Below are positions 1-12,969 of a stretch of DNA of 64,000 nucleotides, in pieces. The position numbers and the translations under genes are program-made. Numbering within the stretch: the stretch's first letter is position 1; every line of letters begins with the position of its first letter. Source of the DNA: Octopus sinensis (taxonomy: Eukaryota). Under the pieces are notes generated by a model that was given only the letters and a program-made list of their open reading frames with translations, searched no databases and was not told the origin of the DNA. The stretch lies in the NCBI RefSeq assembly GCF_006345805.1, contig NC_043001.1, positions 39,432,001 through 39,496,000 on the forward strand, given 5' to 3'.

Positions 1-91
1 GGGACCATCAGTACAGAGATATGGTATGGTAAGTTTGCTCTTAAAGTTTACACCTACTGTTATGACCCACTGTAATATTAAAACTACATGA

Positions 92-354
92 CAGGGGTGG
101 ATTCAGAGGGAAGGGATAGGGGGAATGCACCTTCCCCCACCAATCAAGAAAGTTTTCAAATTTGAATGTTCTGTTTAAATATGTACGATGGAAAGCATAT
201 TTTTGTACCAGCAATAAATAGCCCTTGAATGGTTCAGTATAAAAATGAATTTTTTCAGTATCTCTGAACATATTACACTTTCATTTCATTAACCAATTGC
301 AATGAATCAGACCTGAGACCCATCCCCCACCAGAAATTTCTGAATCCACACCTG
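92..354. mobile_element. Small TIR element (hAT-like MITE?)
   Basis: Ends caggggtggattcag ... ctgaatccacacctg are near-perfect 15-bp inverted repeats; no clear 8-bp TSD. Confidence 0.4.
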
Positions 355-798
355 CACTACGATATTCCAGTTCAACTATTCACTGTTCAGCCCAGCACTG
401 ATATTTATCTCCATGTGTTTCATCAGTGTCTCAATTCATGCAAGTGGATGGGGCTACAGCTGGTGTAGTATTTTAAGAGTTTGGTAGCATTGCATGTACA
501 CTTATACAGTACTTCATTTTTGTCCCAGACAAAGGGAAAACTAAACTTCACAATAAGAAAATTGTGAGTAATATGGAATAGAAGTACCAAATAGAACAAA
601 ATAAAAACAGAACAAAGATTAAAATCTGCACAGTTGAAATATTACAAATGAGAAAACATATTTTAATCTTCAAATCCTAAAAATATTTCATGTTATTACC
701 TTTTGTATAAATTTCACATGGACATGACAAAACAAAAGTTACAACTAAATTGCAATGGAAAAAGATTAAAAAGTGTGCAAATATTAAATGTACGAATA

Positions 799-1476
799 CA
801 GGCATACCTCGGCTTAAGTCGTTTTGATTTAAGTCTTTCTCGAATATACATCGGTTTTCAAAAATAATATATGGGAAAATAAAAATCAAAGCTTTTGCTC
901 CCTATAATGTAATCTTTGACAAAACGAAGACAGTTCAAGGAACTCTCATCCAGTTTTTTTAGTGCATCAAACAAGAACAGCTAGAGTCAGCTGTTGATGT
1001 TGATGATCCACAATCATCTACAACCATGATGTATGTATGTATTGGTAAATTTAAAATAATTTAGTTTTTTCCACTATTGCAAAATAGTAATATTTACTGA
1101 ATTTGTTTTTGAGCATAAAAAAGGCTTTTAGTTTACCTTGTCTTATTGCAAACCACATTCATAAATAAAGCATCTGCAATGTATGGTAAACACTGCCAAA
1201 TTGTATTGTAAATTTAGATTACTTTTTTTTACTGTACTGTATTAAAAAATAAAAATTATTTGTTTGTAAGCTTAAAATAGGATTTTATTAACCATGTATT
1301 TATTGAAAATGTATTCATAAATAAAGTACAGAACTGGGAATAGTTATTATCGGTTTAGCCAAGAGACAAGTAAATTTGGCCTGGCCTAGCCTAGAAAAAA
1401 CTAATTCGACTTAAGTCATTTTTCAACTTAAATCATGTCTCCTGGAACCAATTAACAACGTAGAGGGAGGTATAAG
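799..1476. mobile_element. Tigger/pogo-like non-autonomous DNA transposon remnant
   Basis: Starts TA+CAGGCATACCTCG (Tigger-type end); the right end ggaaccaatt...gaggtata is degenerate; subterminal cttaagtc/gacttaag motifs. Confidence 0.45.
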
Positions 1477-1489
1477 GAAAATATTTCAC

Positions 1490-2030
1490 TCTTCAAATCC
1501 TGAAAACTGACTGCAGTCATCCATAACCCCAAAACCAAAAAATCATCAAGGTCATCAATACTGTCCAAAGTGTCAATCTTCAAGCAGAATGTCATCTTCT
1601 GTGCCATCTCATGCATTACTGATGTCACATTTAAAAAAAATTTTACAACTGCTTCAATATCCACAGCGTTCCATGATTTCAGGACCTACTCACACACTTG
1701 AGAAATTGTTGGCCTTTTCAACTGACCTGTTGGTGTTAGGTCATGATCATTGGCTCTCATCCACTGATTCTTCTCTTCTTTCATAAATGCCTTAAAAAGT
1801 TGTTGATTGATATATCCAGTGGTTATAATTGGTTTGTTAAACCACCAGGGATCACTGCCATTTTTGCTTTCAAATTCTACACCCTTTCTTTAATAGCCTT
1901 TGTTTTGTGGAGATGAAACTGGTCCCACACAAGAAGGGAAGGTTTTTTTTAAGGAGGCCATCGGAACGCTTTGACCAGAACTTATATAGCCATAACTTCA
2001 CTCCCTTTTCATCCATCCACTCCATTTGGG
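1490..2030 (-). pseudogene. pogo-family (POGK-like DDE_1) transposase fragment
   Basis: Minus translation across frameshifts gives GWMDEKGVKLWL..WSKRSDGLLKK..LLVWDQF, GGLTNQL*PLDIS and CDISNA*DGTEDDILLED. Confidence 0.75.
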
Positions 2031-2362
2031 TGGATGTGAACATACGTACATAAGTATTCGTATGTTGTATGTATATATATATGTGTATTTATGTTATGAT
2101 CTGTGTATATTCCACTGAAGAGGCAAAGCATTTCCTATGCATAGCCAGATATCTAGGATATGGAATTATCCAGTAATTTTTTTGCTAGTTCATCTTGTCT
2201 ATTTGTCTTCTCTCTTGGTGTGGTATGAACATTTAATGTGGTTTTTGGAGTCACGTTTTGGCTGCTATTTCCAGCGTGGAGGTATCTCTTAGATACTCTA
2301 AATTATAATTTTATATATATATATATATATTTGTGAAATTTTTTACCTAAATATTTGATATA

Positions 2363-2414
<52 letters not shown>

Positions 2415-2766
2415 TAAGTTCGAACAATTCAAACTTTTTGAGAGATCCAAAAAGAGAGTAGAAATTATTTCTAATAAAGATTCATCATATTCATAAAAAT
2501 CAGCCAGAGCAAGTAATAAGAATATGAAAATAATAGCTGAAAAATTACGTTATAGGTATAAATATACCATAAACAATTAATTAAAAATGGAGAAAAAAGA
2601 TGTTGAATCAAAATTAGATTTAATACAAAATTGGATTCAATATATACACATGTTTTGAAAGACAATACAAATATATAAGAAAAAAATTATAATCATAGTA
2701 ATTATAATTAAATTTATCCAGTGTCATTCTCATCAGTGTGAGGAATTTTTGGAAAACCATCAAAAA

Positions 2767-2810
<44 letters not shown>

Positions 2811-3289
2811 TGATGATGATGATAGTTAAGTTAGTGAGAGAGACAAAAAAGAAAAAGAAAGACATATCAATGTGTATGCAAGTCTATATGTGCAGTAAAC
2901 AATAACATAAAAATAAAAATCTAATTCAAAGAAATAGTAACAGGTTGAGATGAAGTATAATGTAAACAAGGCCATATGTGCCTAGTAGAATATAATGTAA
3001 CAGGTTCACTACTTGGTGTTATTAGTTTTGTTAATATTGTTAATCTTATTGATTATCACTTTATCGGTATTAGTGTTGTGGTTATTTTTGTTGTTATTAG
3101 TGGTTTGTGTATGGGCCTTGGCATTGTTCATATTGGTGTTGTTTTTATTGGAGTTACTCATACTGTTCTTATTGTTGGTGTAGTTTGTGGTGATGTATGG
3201 TGTGTGGTTGGTGTTAATTGTATTAGTGAGTGGGTTTCTATCATTTGGGTTACTTGTATAGTGATTAGCATCAAGGTAGTTAATTTTTT

Positions 3290-4099
3290 GTTTAAATCCT
3301 GCTTTCCATAGTGCAGGGTTATAAATTTTTATGTCTATTAAAGATATTTATGTTGGAAGAGAGGTGTGATATTCTATTGCTAATGCTATGTACTAGGCTT
3401 CTCTTAATAAAGGTTGGGTGGTTACTAGAAGCTTTATGTATTTGAGGTTCATGTTGGGTTTTTTGTAGGGTTCATGGAGTCCTGTGTCTAGGTTGCAGTT
3501 TGCATCTAAGTACTTAATAGAGGTGTGTTCCTTTTCAATAGAAATAGTCCAAATCTTTTAAAGAATTTGTGTAGTTTTTTTCTTGATAAGCTCTAGCTTC
3601 CTATTTGAGGGTTTCTTTATTATGAAGAGGGTATCGTCCCTGTATAATCCGCCTTTGAGTTCTGGGAATTCATACATACACACTTACATATACAAGCATA
3701 TACACATATAGACATAAACATAAAATGCATTCATGCACAAACACAAATACATACAAGGAATAAATAATCCTAAATAAGTTAGGAGAAACCAAAAAACCAA
3801 ATCTAATCATTCTGTTATTGAATATCCCAGCATACCTTGATTTACTAAAATTTGATTTAACAAAAGAATGAATAGACTTTATAGAATTAGATTTCAAATT
3901 TTTAGTAAAAGGAAATATAGTCCAAATTATGTTATTATTATGTTTCTTATTGGTATGGTGGTTTTTATTAGATGGGTCACCCATTCGAATATATGGTATA
4001 GGTTTCTTTTTACCTCCCGTATTAACATTATCATTAATGTTATTCTTATTATTATTGCTATTGTTGTTATTATTATTATTATTATTATTATCATTATTA

Positions 4100-4154
<55 letters not shown>

Positions 4155-5131
4155 AAAAATATTGAACATCATTAAAATTGGTTATGCAGTTGTGTGGGGA
4201 ATTAAGAGTATGTGAAGAAGTAAGAGAAGATTCTTTGTGAAAAGACTTTGTTTCATGTTACTATTTCCAGCTATGTTAATGTTTTTTCTCACAATGACTG
4301 TCTGTAATGTTACAATTGTTTATATTATTAGAAATATTAGTATTGGTAAAAATCTAGTTAGTAAAAGTCTTGTTAATTGGTCCATAGTTGTTAAAAATGT
4401 TTTCCGTTTTATGGTGGAGTTATCTTTACAAATATATTTCATAGATTAAGCTGTGTGCCAAGGAGTTCAAATTTATGATGGTGTTTGGAATTTGAGGTGT
4501 GTTTATTGAAATTCTTATCCATATAACTGTTGGTATGATTGGAAAACTCATTGTTAATTTTGTTGTACTTAATTTGATATTTATAACCAGCATTCCTAAG
4601 AGCCAGATTGTAATAGTCTTTATGCTTATTAAAAATTTCTTCATTTGAGGATAATGAGTTAATTCTATTTTCAATGTTATAAGGTATGTTATCAAAAATA
4701 TTAGAAGGATGATTGCTCTGCGGATATATATAAGTAATATTTCTATTAGGTTTATGACAAGGTTGCTAAGATGATGTAGTGAGGTTAAAATTTGCATCCA
4801 AGAAGTTCACAGAAGTGTGATCCTGCTCAATGGTGATGGTAAGTCCATGGCTTATGAAAAATTTATATAATCTTTTCTGACATATTTCGATTTTACGGTT
4901 GGAGGCATTTCTAACTGCAAATAGAGCATCATCCCTATAGAGACCACCTTCTGGGAGTTCCTCAAGGAGTAGGTATAGTAAATAAATCCTGACTAAGTCT
5001 GTGACTTCAGCTGAATCTTGCAGTCCCATTAGTATATCAAAGCAATCTGGTGTGTCCTTTGTAGTCCAAAATTTTCCTTGATGACAAATTATGGTCTTCC
5101 TCACCTCAAGTATAACCTTTATTTCCTTCAT
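3290..5131 (-). mobile_element. Nested Penelope-like element RT remnants
   Basis: ORF 4766-5131 gives FDILMGLQDSAEVTDLV...GGLYRDDAL...VNFLDANFNL. A second YRDD/KYLDAN segment lies near 3450-3600; IIWTIFPF-type post-RT segments are interrupted by (ATT)n. Confidence 0.75.
4066..4152. repeat. (ATT/ATC)n microsatellite
   Basis: Direct inspection; source of the poly-Ile and poly-Leu ORFs. Confidence 0.95.
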
Positions 5132-5280
5132 TGATAAGTTATATACATAATTATAACAAGGGGTCGGCTTTATGCCTCACCATGCAACATTAGAAATTCA
5201 TATCTCTCTTTTATACCCATGTGTGTGTTAAGATTTAGACTGCAGTAAATGCAGTTTCAATCATGGAGTGAATTTATTCT

Positions 5281-6073
5281 AATATTGTTTTAATAATAGA
5301 GGGTAAAATCAGTAAGGATTTTACCAGATAGCCAATGCATAAATAAAAACCTTTTAGGTAAATTTTACAAATTATTTTATAGTTATATTCATAATTATAA
5401 CAAGGGGTCAGCTTTATGCTTCCCCATGCACCATTAGAAATAGATGCTAATTCCTCTTTGCTACCTTAAAATCTCCTACTGTTTTGAGTACCCACAAGCA
5501 ATCCTGCTCACAAACATCACTGACATGAAAGTAACATTGGAAAATAGTGAACAGCTTCTCTTAATATTATTATATTTAAATATCTAGAAAATATTATATT
5601 TGAGTAGCAGAAATAGTAGAATACCATACTAAAAGAGAGATATGAATTATACTTGGCAGTATATTTTTGTGAGTGTGGATGGATATCGCACATACGTTGT
5701 CGCAGATCATGCGCATATTTTTGAAATACTTACACAAATTTATACGGAATATCATGATGGAGGGTAACAGTAAGTAAAATTATTTTTACTTTAAGTTTGA
5801 AATGCATCCATGGTTAACTGGCTTTGTTGATTCATTATTTTTCTTTTGTTTGCCAACAATAAAGTGTATTAATCTTGGAGATTTTAAGGTAGTAAAAAGG
5901 ACCTTAGTGTCTATTTTTAATGGTGTGTGGTGAGGCATAAAGCTGACCCCTTGTTATAATTATGTATACAATTATAAAATAATTTGTAAAATTTACTTAA
6001 AAGGGCTTTATTTCCGCACTGGCTGCCTGGTAAAATCATTATTGATTTTATCTTCTATTATTTAAAAAATATT
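5281..6073. mobile_element. Foldback/MITE-like element with ~160-bp imperfect inverted arms
   Basis: 5281-5440 is the approximate reverse complement of 5915-6073; a partial third copy lies at 5145-5200. Confidence 0.55.
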
Positions 6074-6133
6074 TGTGTATATATATATATACATACATAC
6101 ATAGATATATGTATACATATATATATATATATA

Positions 6134-6588
6134 TCATCATCATCATTATCGTTTAACGTCCGTTTTCCATGCTAGCATGGGTTGGATGGTTCGACCGGGG
6201 TCTGGGAAGCCAGGAGGATGCACCAGGCTCCAGTCTGATCTGGCAGTGTTTCTACAGCTGGATGCCCTTCCTAACACCAACCACTTCATTAGTGTAGTGG
6301 GTGCTTTTTACGTGCCACCAGCACAGGTATCACAACTACAATTTCCATTTGATTTTTTATTTTGATGTTGATGTACTTGACTCAATAGGTCTACTCAAGC
6401 ACAGCAGGTCACCCTACGATCCAAGGTAAGCACAGCAGACTGTTCTGTGATCCAAGGTACTTTGGATGGACTGGGGCTGCTATGTGAAACTGGTGCAGGA
6501 AACAGCCATGAACTCACATTATTTGTCGGGTCTTCGCAGTCACAGCACATCTCCAGAGATCTCGATCTTTTGTCATTGCCTCATCAAG
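6134..6588 (-). mobile_element. RTE LINE 3' end (5'-truncated)
   Basis: Reverse complement of the 3' UTR and (GAT)n tail of the 54000-57621 copy. Confidence 0.85.
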
Positions 6589-6676
6589 GGGTAATCAGAA
6601 ATATTAGAAATTTCCATTACCAGTGGCCTAGCAAGTAAAAATTTAATCAATAGACTATATATTATTCATATATATA

Positions 6677-7050
6677 CAGTGTACATTTAAACATATAAGA
6701 GGCATGCATCACAGGACTCCTTGCACGCTAGAGAGAACAGTTAAATTCCAAACCACTATTAGGGATAAAATTTCGAACGGAATTTACTGTCTGTTGTGCC
6801 ATGGTTTCTATGGCTGGATGCCCGTCCTAACGCCAACTACTGAACAGGGTGTGCTGTGTGTCTACTATGTGGTACCAGCATGGGTGCATTTGTGCAGCCC
6901 CAGCATGGGTGTGTTGACTCAGCACAAGTACTTTTTAAATGGCATTCCCTTCGAAATTTTATCCCTAATAGTGGTTTGGAATTTAACTGTTCTCACTAGC
7001 GTGCAAGGAGTCCTATGATGGATGCCTCTTATGTGTTTAAATGTACACTG
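6677..7050. mobile_element. Tc1/mariner-type MITE with ~110-bp TIRs
   Basis: TA-CAGTGTAC...GTACACTG-TA; arms 6677-~6785 and ~6945-7050 are near-perfect inverted repeats. Confidence 0.8.
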
Positions 7051-7057
7051 TATTTAT

Positions 7058-7129
<72 letters not shown>

Positions 7130-7247
7130 GCAATTCTCCACCAAAAAACTTCGAAATATATATATTATGATTGTTAGCTTTCTATTCTTATTTTAGATAA
7201 TTCTTATTTAAAATATACTGCATACTATCAATATTGATTCTACTTAC

Positions 7248-7293
7248 ATACATATTTGGGAACACTAACTCCAGCATATTGAAACTTAAACAG
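7248..7293 (-). pseudogene. Degenerate type-A exon copy (46 nt; in-frame TAA plus an extra nucleotide); pseudo-exon or terminating exon
   Basis: aatttcttgaAG|ctgtttaagtttcaatatgctggagttagtgttcccaaatatgtat|GTAAGT. Aligns to type-A exons (QYAGVSVPKY vs QYAEISDPKY), but GAA is TAA and the length is not divisible by 3. Confidence 0.55.
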
Positions 7294-7415
7294 CTTCAAG
7301 AAATTTTTAAAAAAACAGGCATATTTACAGTTTGAGAGTGTATTTTAACTATTTTGATGTTGTGCAGAAGGTAATTAAAATTGATAATGAAATATAGTGC
7401 ATATTTTATACATAA

Positions 7416-8785
7416 CATCATCATAATCATTTAACATCTGCTTTCCATGTTGGCATGGGTTGGACGTTTTGACATAGAGCTGGCTATCAGGGAATTCTCC
7501 AAACCCATACTGTCTGTTGTGGTATGGTTTCTATGGTTGAATGCCTGTCCTAATGCCAACAACTTAACAGGGTGTGCTAAGTGCCTACTATGTGCTACCA
7601 GCATGGGTGCATTTATGCAGCACAAGCATGGGTGTGTTGAGTCAGCACAAGTACTTTTTAAATGGCAAGGACAAGCCTGTATGTGTGGAAGATAGTGATT
7701 TTACATAGCTTGATACATCTTACTAAGTACAATACATTACCCCATCTCTCAGTCCCTTGTCCTTTCCCAATTAAGTTCCAGCATCCAAAGATCCTCTCTC
7801 ACCACTTCAATCCATAGGTACCCTCCACAAGGTATACTCCACAACTAGAGCTTGGCACTTCTTTATGCAGCTCTCCTCATCTGCACACATCACATGATCA
7901 AACCAGCACATCCTTCTCTCTTGCACACATCTGATGCCTTTTATACCCAGTTTTCCTCTTAAATTATTTACACTGTCATGCATGCACATCGACATTACCC
8001 ATTCAGCAGAGCATGCTAGCTTCATTTCTTACAAGCCTTCACAAGACCTCCGTAGTCAAAGCCCTTATTTCACTGTCATGTAACATAGTTGTACGTACAT
8101 AGGCATCATACAATCTGCCTTTTACTCTGAAGGAGAGGCTTTTAGTTACCAACAAAAGTAGAACCTCTCTGAACTTTGCCCAATCTATTCTTATTCTAGC
8201 AACTACACTTTCAGAACTTCCCCTCCACTGCTAACTCGGTTTCCTAGGTAACAGAAGCTATCTACTACTTCTAATGACCCCATCGAGCATTTGAAGGAGC
8301 TTATTGTCTGCGTATTTTTAACAGTTATTGTACTTGAGCATTTGCCATACACAAAGATTATATTCTCTGTTAACTTTCCTGTGCTGCCACTATACCACTT
8401 ATGAGTCCAATGTTTGCACTAGGTGCATTATATGGAATTTCTACCAACACCCTTCTTACATACTGGACAGGACCATCTCCAAGAGGGGTCTTGTAATTTG
8501 TCAGTTTTCTTACTTACTAAGACTTTGGTTTTTGCTAAATTAACTGGAAGGCCCTTAGATTTCAAGGCTTGTTTCCACACTAAAATTCATTCTCTAGGTC
8601 AGGTAGTGATTCAGCTATAAGAACAAGATTATCAGTGTAGAGGAGCTCCCAGGGACAGCAGGTTTTTGATTCCTATGTTAAGGCCTGGAGGACTAAGATA
8701 AACAAGAGTGGGACTGAGATCAGAGCCACGGTGGACTCCTACTGTACACTGAAATCATTGATACCCTTGTTGCCAACCTTTGTAA
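7416..8785 (-). mobile_element. RTE LINE, decayed and 5'-truncated
   Basis: 3' tail plus RT C-terminal homology (LREKLGIKGIRC..QERR..WF, DSFCYLG). Confidence 0.85.
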
Positions 8786-8795
8786 CTTTGCAGTA

Positions 8796-8939
8796 AAAAA
8801 TTGGATATTAATTTGATAACATCAATTGTAACACCAGTGGTCTAGCATATAAGAAACTGAGGTTCAGTAAATAGTATTACATACATATGCTAGACCACTG
8901 GTGTTAAAATTGATATTTTCAAATTAATATCCAATTTTT
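8796..8939. repeat. Inverted repeat, ~55-bp arms with 34-bp spacer
   Basis: aaaaattggatattaatttg...ctagcatat / atatgctag...caaattaatatccaattttt. Confidence 0.75.
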
Positions 8940-9387
8940 CACTCTCATTTTAATTTTAATTTTAAATTAATACGTTCTCAAACTGACAGAGGCTACTGCA
9001 ATGAATTATTTTATGCAGTATTATTTCCGGTAATTTAGCACGCTAAAACGAAGACTTTTGAAAAATAACCACAAATGTAATAGGTAGAACTGCATGCATT
9101 TTCGACCCCGTGTTGATGTCTGGCGTGTAGTTCTGCAAATTATATTTGTATAGACGATCATACTGAAGATCTACAGATAAATTATGTAAAATTACGTAAT
9201 TTATTGATAGTGAAACATTTGTTTATGGTTAATCTATATTTTTGTTACTTTTCATTTGTCTTGCTCACTTACATTTCTGGTGTTTGCTAAATTTTCTAGA
9301 AACAATTCTTAATGGTTAAGACCATAGCGGATCTTCTAGCATAAGGGTTTCCACATAGTGGTAAAATTCCCTCTTATATGTATGTAA

Positions 9388-9431
<44 letters not shown>

Positions 9432-9596
9432 AGGGTTTCTTTCAGTTTCCATCTACCAAATCCACTCACAAAACTATGGTTCACCTAAAGCTATAATTGA
9501 AAACCCTTGCCTAAAGTGCCACACAGTGAAACTCAAACTGGAAACATGTAGTTGGGAAACAAGCTCTTCTTAACACACAGCCATGACTGCACCTAT
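9432..9596 (-). mobile_element. tRNA-derived SINE (octopus OK/OR-like family)
   Basis: Matches copies at 19981, 28546 and 38768; A/B-box-like head and gagtggatttggtagatggaaactgaaag tail. Confidence 0.7.
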
Positions 9597-9754
9597 ATTA
9601 GTATAAATAAAGCTTACAAGATATATGCTTATGAAGGGTGTAGATTAGTAAAAGGGTAAAATATCAGAGCTACATATGAATATTAGCAACAAGTTTATTG
9701 TATGTGCAATGAAATTTTCAAAGTTTCAAAATTTTAATTTCAATCATACATATA

Positions 9755-10971
9755 TTAGGTCATCCCATAAGTTCTGTCTGATTTTACCTTTTTTAAAAGT
9801 GAATGAAATTTAATAGTATTTTAGAATGTCTGATGGAATTAAAAATTATTTTTATGCATTGATTAAAACCCTTTGTAACGTGGAAGTATCCAAAGAGCAT
9901 TTGAGGTACATAATGCTTTATGAGTATAAAAAGGAAACTCTGCAGCTGAAGCGACTTGAATCATACACTCAGTTTATGGGAAAGAATGCTTGAATGAAAG
10001 AACGTGCAGAAGATGGTTTGCAAAATTCTGAAGTGGAGATTTCAGCCTTGAAGATGAAGATGGAACAGAACGTCTAGTTGAGTTTGATGATAAGTTCCTT
10101 GAGGCATTACTTGAAGAAAATCCTGCATTATCAGTTGAAGAATTGGCAATAAAGCTTCGTTCAAACCATACAACTAACTGTTCATCATCATCTTCAACAA
10201 CTTGGAAAGGTTCCTAAACTTGGAAAATAAGTGCCTCATGAATTGTCCAAAAGCAACCACAAATCCCGAGTTGACATCTGCTCTTCTCTCCATTCTCGCA
10301 AACTAATTTCAACCTTTTTGGATAGACTTGTGACTGGTGACAAAAAATGGATCTTCTATCGAAATGTTAAACATTGGTAAAAGGGAAAAAGCTCAACCAC
10401 AACTGAGAAGGTAACTTCATGGGAAAAAGGTTCTTCTCTCTATCTGGTGGGATTGCAAAGGGGTAATTCACTTCCAATTGTTACCACCTAATGCAACAAT
10501 AAGTGCTCAAGTCTACTGTCAGCAATTAGAGCATTTGAACCAAGCTTTGAAGGAGAAAAGACCCGCTTTAGTGAATCGAAAATGAGTGATCTTTCATCAG
10601 GACAATGCACAATACCACATTGCAAAGATCACATCATAGAAGATCGAAGAGCTCAGTTGGGAAAAATTTCCTCATTCACCTTATTCTCCTGACCTTGCTC
10701 CTTCAGACTACCATTTGTTTCGTAGTTTACAGAATCATTTAGGGGACATAACCTTTGCAAGCCAAGAGGAGGTCGAAACTGACATTTCAGAGTTCTTTGC
10801 TTTGAAACCAAAAGAGTTTTACATTGATGGGATTAAAAAGCTTGTAAACGGATGGAAGGAAGTCATAGATAATCAGGAAAAGTACATTGATGATTAAATT
10901 CAATTAAATATAATTTTTGATCAGTTGTTTTCTTTATTCAAAATTCGGACTGAACTTATGTGATGACCTGA
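9755..10971 (+). mobile_element. Full-length defective mariner (DD34D-type) transposon
   Basis: TA TSD; TIRs ttaggtcatcccataagttctgtctgattt / aaattcggactgaacttatgtgatgacctga. Transposase motifs VPHEL, TGDKKWI, QDNA and YSPDLAPSDYHLF, with stops and frameshifts. Confidence 0.93.
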
Positions 10972-11076
10972 TATATTAAGCTGCATATTCTACTCAAAGA
11001 AAGAATGAGCCAAAATATTTGCTAATCTTGCTCTAATGAATGTAATTTTTTGTTAATAAATTGCTTATATACTTAC

Positions 11077-11118
11077 CAGCAGGTTTCTTTGAAACGTTAA
11101 TGTAAGTGCCATCCATGT
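11077..11118 (-). CDS. Host-gene exon type B (42 nt, phase 1-1), peptide (D)MDGTYINVSKKPA
   Basis: aatttcttaaAG|acatggatggcacttacattaacgtttcaaagaaacctgctg|GTAAGT; open frame. Confidence 0.75.
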
Positions 11119-11357
11119 CTTTAAGAAATTAGAAAAAGAACAAATAGCATGGCTATAAATAATAATTAATTTAAGATAGTTGTGTACTGATTCTACCATA
11201 GAAATACTAATGAGATAGACTCAAACGCACTCACACATACTACATGCATATTAATAGACAAAAGTTAGTTACATATTTCATAATAGTTAGCTTTCTGTCC
11301 TTTTTAAAGATAGTTCCTAAGATCATGTTGTGTACTAATAATATCAATTGCACTTAC

Positions 11358-11417
11358 CTCGTTTTTCCATTTCTAAATATTTGGGCTCGCTAACTTCAGC
11401 ACTTTGTTCTTCCACAA
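11358..11417 (-). CDS. Host-gene exon type A (60 nt, phase 1-1), peptide (V)VEEQSAEVSEPKYLEMEKR
   Basis: aatttcttgaAG|ttgtggaagaacaaagtgctgaagttagcgagcccaaatatttagaaatggaaaaacgag|GTAAGT; open frame. Confidence 0.75.
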
Positions 11418-11541
11418 CTTCAAGAAATTAAATAAAAAAATAGGCATATTTATTGTTTGAAGAGGATGTTTTAAATATTTTGACATTGCACAGAAAGTAG
11501 TAATATATATATATACATACACATATATATATATATATATA

Positions 11542-12812
11542 TCATTATCATCATCATCACCATCATCATTATCATCATCTTTTAAGGTCTGTAGTCCATG
11601 CAAGTATGGGTTGGGCAGTTTGATCAGGGCTGGCAAGCTGGAAGGCTGCACCAGATCCCAGTCTGATTTGGCATGGTTTCTATGGCTGGATGCCCTTCCT
11701 AACACCAACCACTCCAAGAGTGTAATGGGCGTTTTTATGTGCTGCTGGCAAGGGTGCATTTTGTGTGACACCAGTATCTGCCATGACTGTAGTTTTGCTC
11801 AGATTGATGGGCCTTTTTTCAAGTATGACATAAAGTTAAAGGTCTCAGGCATTGACTTCGTGAGGCTGAACACTCTAAAGGCACTCAACTACTATGACTC
11901 CAGGAGGCTTAATGCTTGAAAGGTGCTTTTTATGTACCACCAGCATGGGTGCTAGTTATATGACACCAGCATCAGTCACAATTACAATTTCTCTTGGCTT
12001 GATGGATCCTCTCAAGCACAGCACATCACCAAAGGCCTCTGTGAGACCCAAAGTTCAAATTTCATACTTCACCACTTTGTCCCATAACTTCCTGGGTCTA
12101 CCACAGGTTCCTTCCACAGTAAGAGATTGGCACTTCTTTACACAGCTGTCCTCATCCATATGCATCACATGACCATACCACTACAGTCGTCTCTCTTGCA
12201 CACCTTATTCCCAACTTTTTTCCGAAAATGCTTACATTGTTGAACATGCACACTGACATTGCACATCCAGCGAAGCATACTGGCTTCATTTCTTTCAAGC
12301 CTATGCATGTCCTCGGCTGTCACAGCCCATGTTTTACTGCCATGTAGCATAGGTGTTTACACACCGGCATCATATAATCTGCCTTTCACTCTGTGAGAGA
12401 GGCCCTTTTTGCCAGCAGAGGTAGAAGCTCTCTGAACTTTGCCCAGCCTAGTTTTATTCTCACGGCTATGCTCTCGGAGCATCCACCTCTACTACTAATT
12501 TGGTCACTTAGATAATGGAAGCTATCTACTACCTCTAGTTTGTCCTCTGGTAGTTGATGGAGTCTGTTTGCTGTACATTTTTGATGTTTACTTGTGCATC
12601 TACAACGCATAAAAGCTATTTTCCCTGTTAACCTTCCTCTGATATTGTTGCACCTTTAGTGTCCAAAGCTTACACCAGGTGCATCTTATGGAGTTTATAC
12701 CTATGCCTTTTCTACAGATTGAGCAAGACCTCTTTCTGAAGGGATTTGTGATTTGTCTGCCTTCCTACTTACTAAGACTTTGTTTTTTGCTAGGTTAACT
12801 CTAAGGCCCTTT
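11542..12812 (-). mobile_element. RTE LINE, decayed and 5'-truncated
   Basis: MLHGSKTWAVTAEDMHRLERNEASMLRWMC and LEVVDSFHYL segments plus 3' tail. Confidence 0.88.
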
Positions 12813-12902
12813 GACCAATGTAGGCCTTCAATTTTAGACAGATATATATATATATAATATTAATTCGAGACAAAACCACTATTATTCCCTAATATTTATT
12901 AT

Positions 12903-12958
<56 letters not shown>

Positions 12959-12969
12959 TCACACACACA

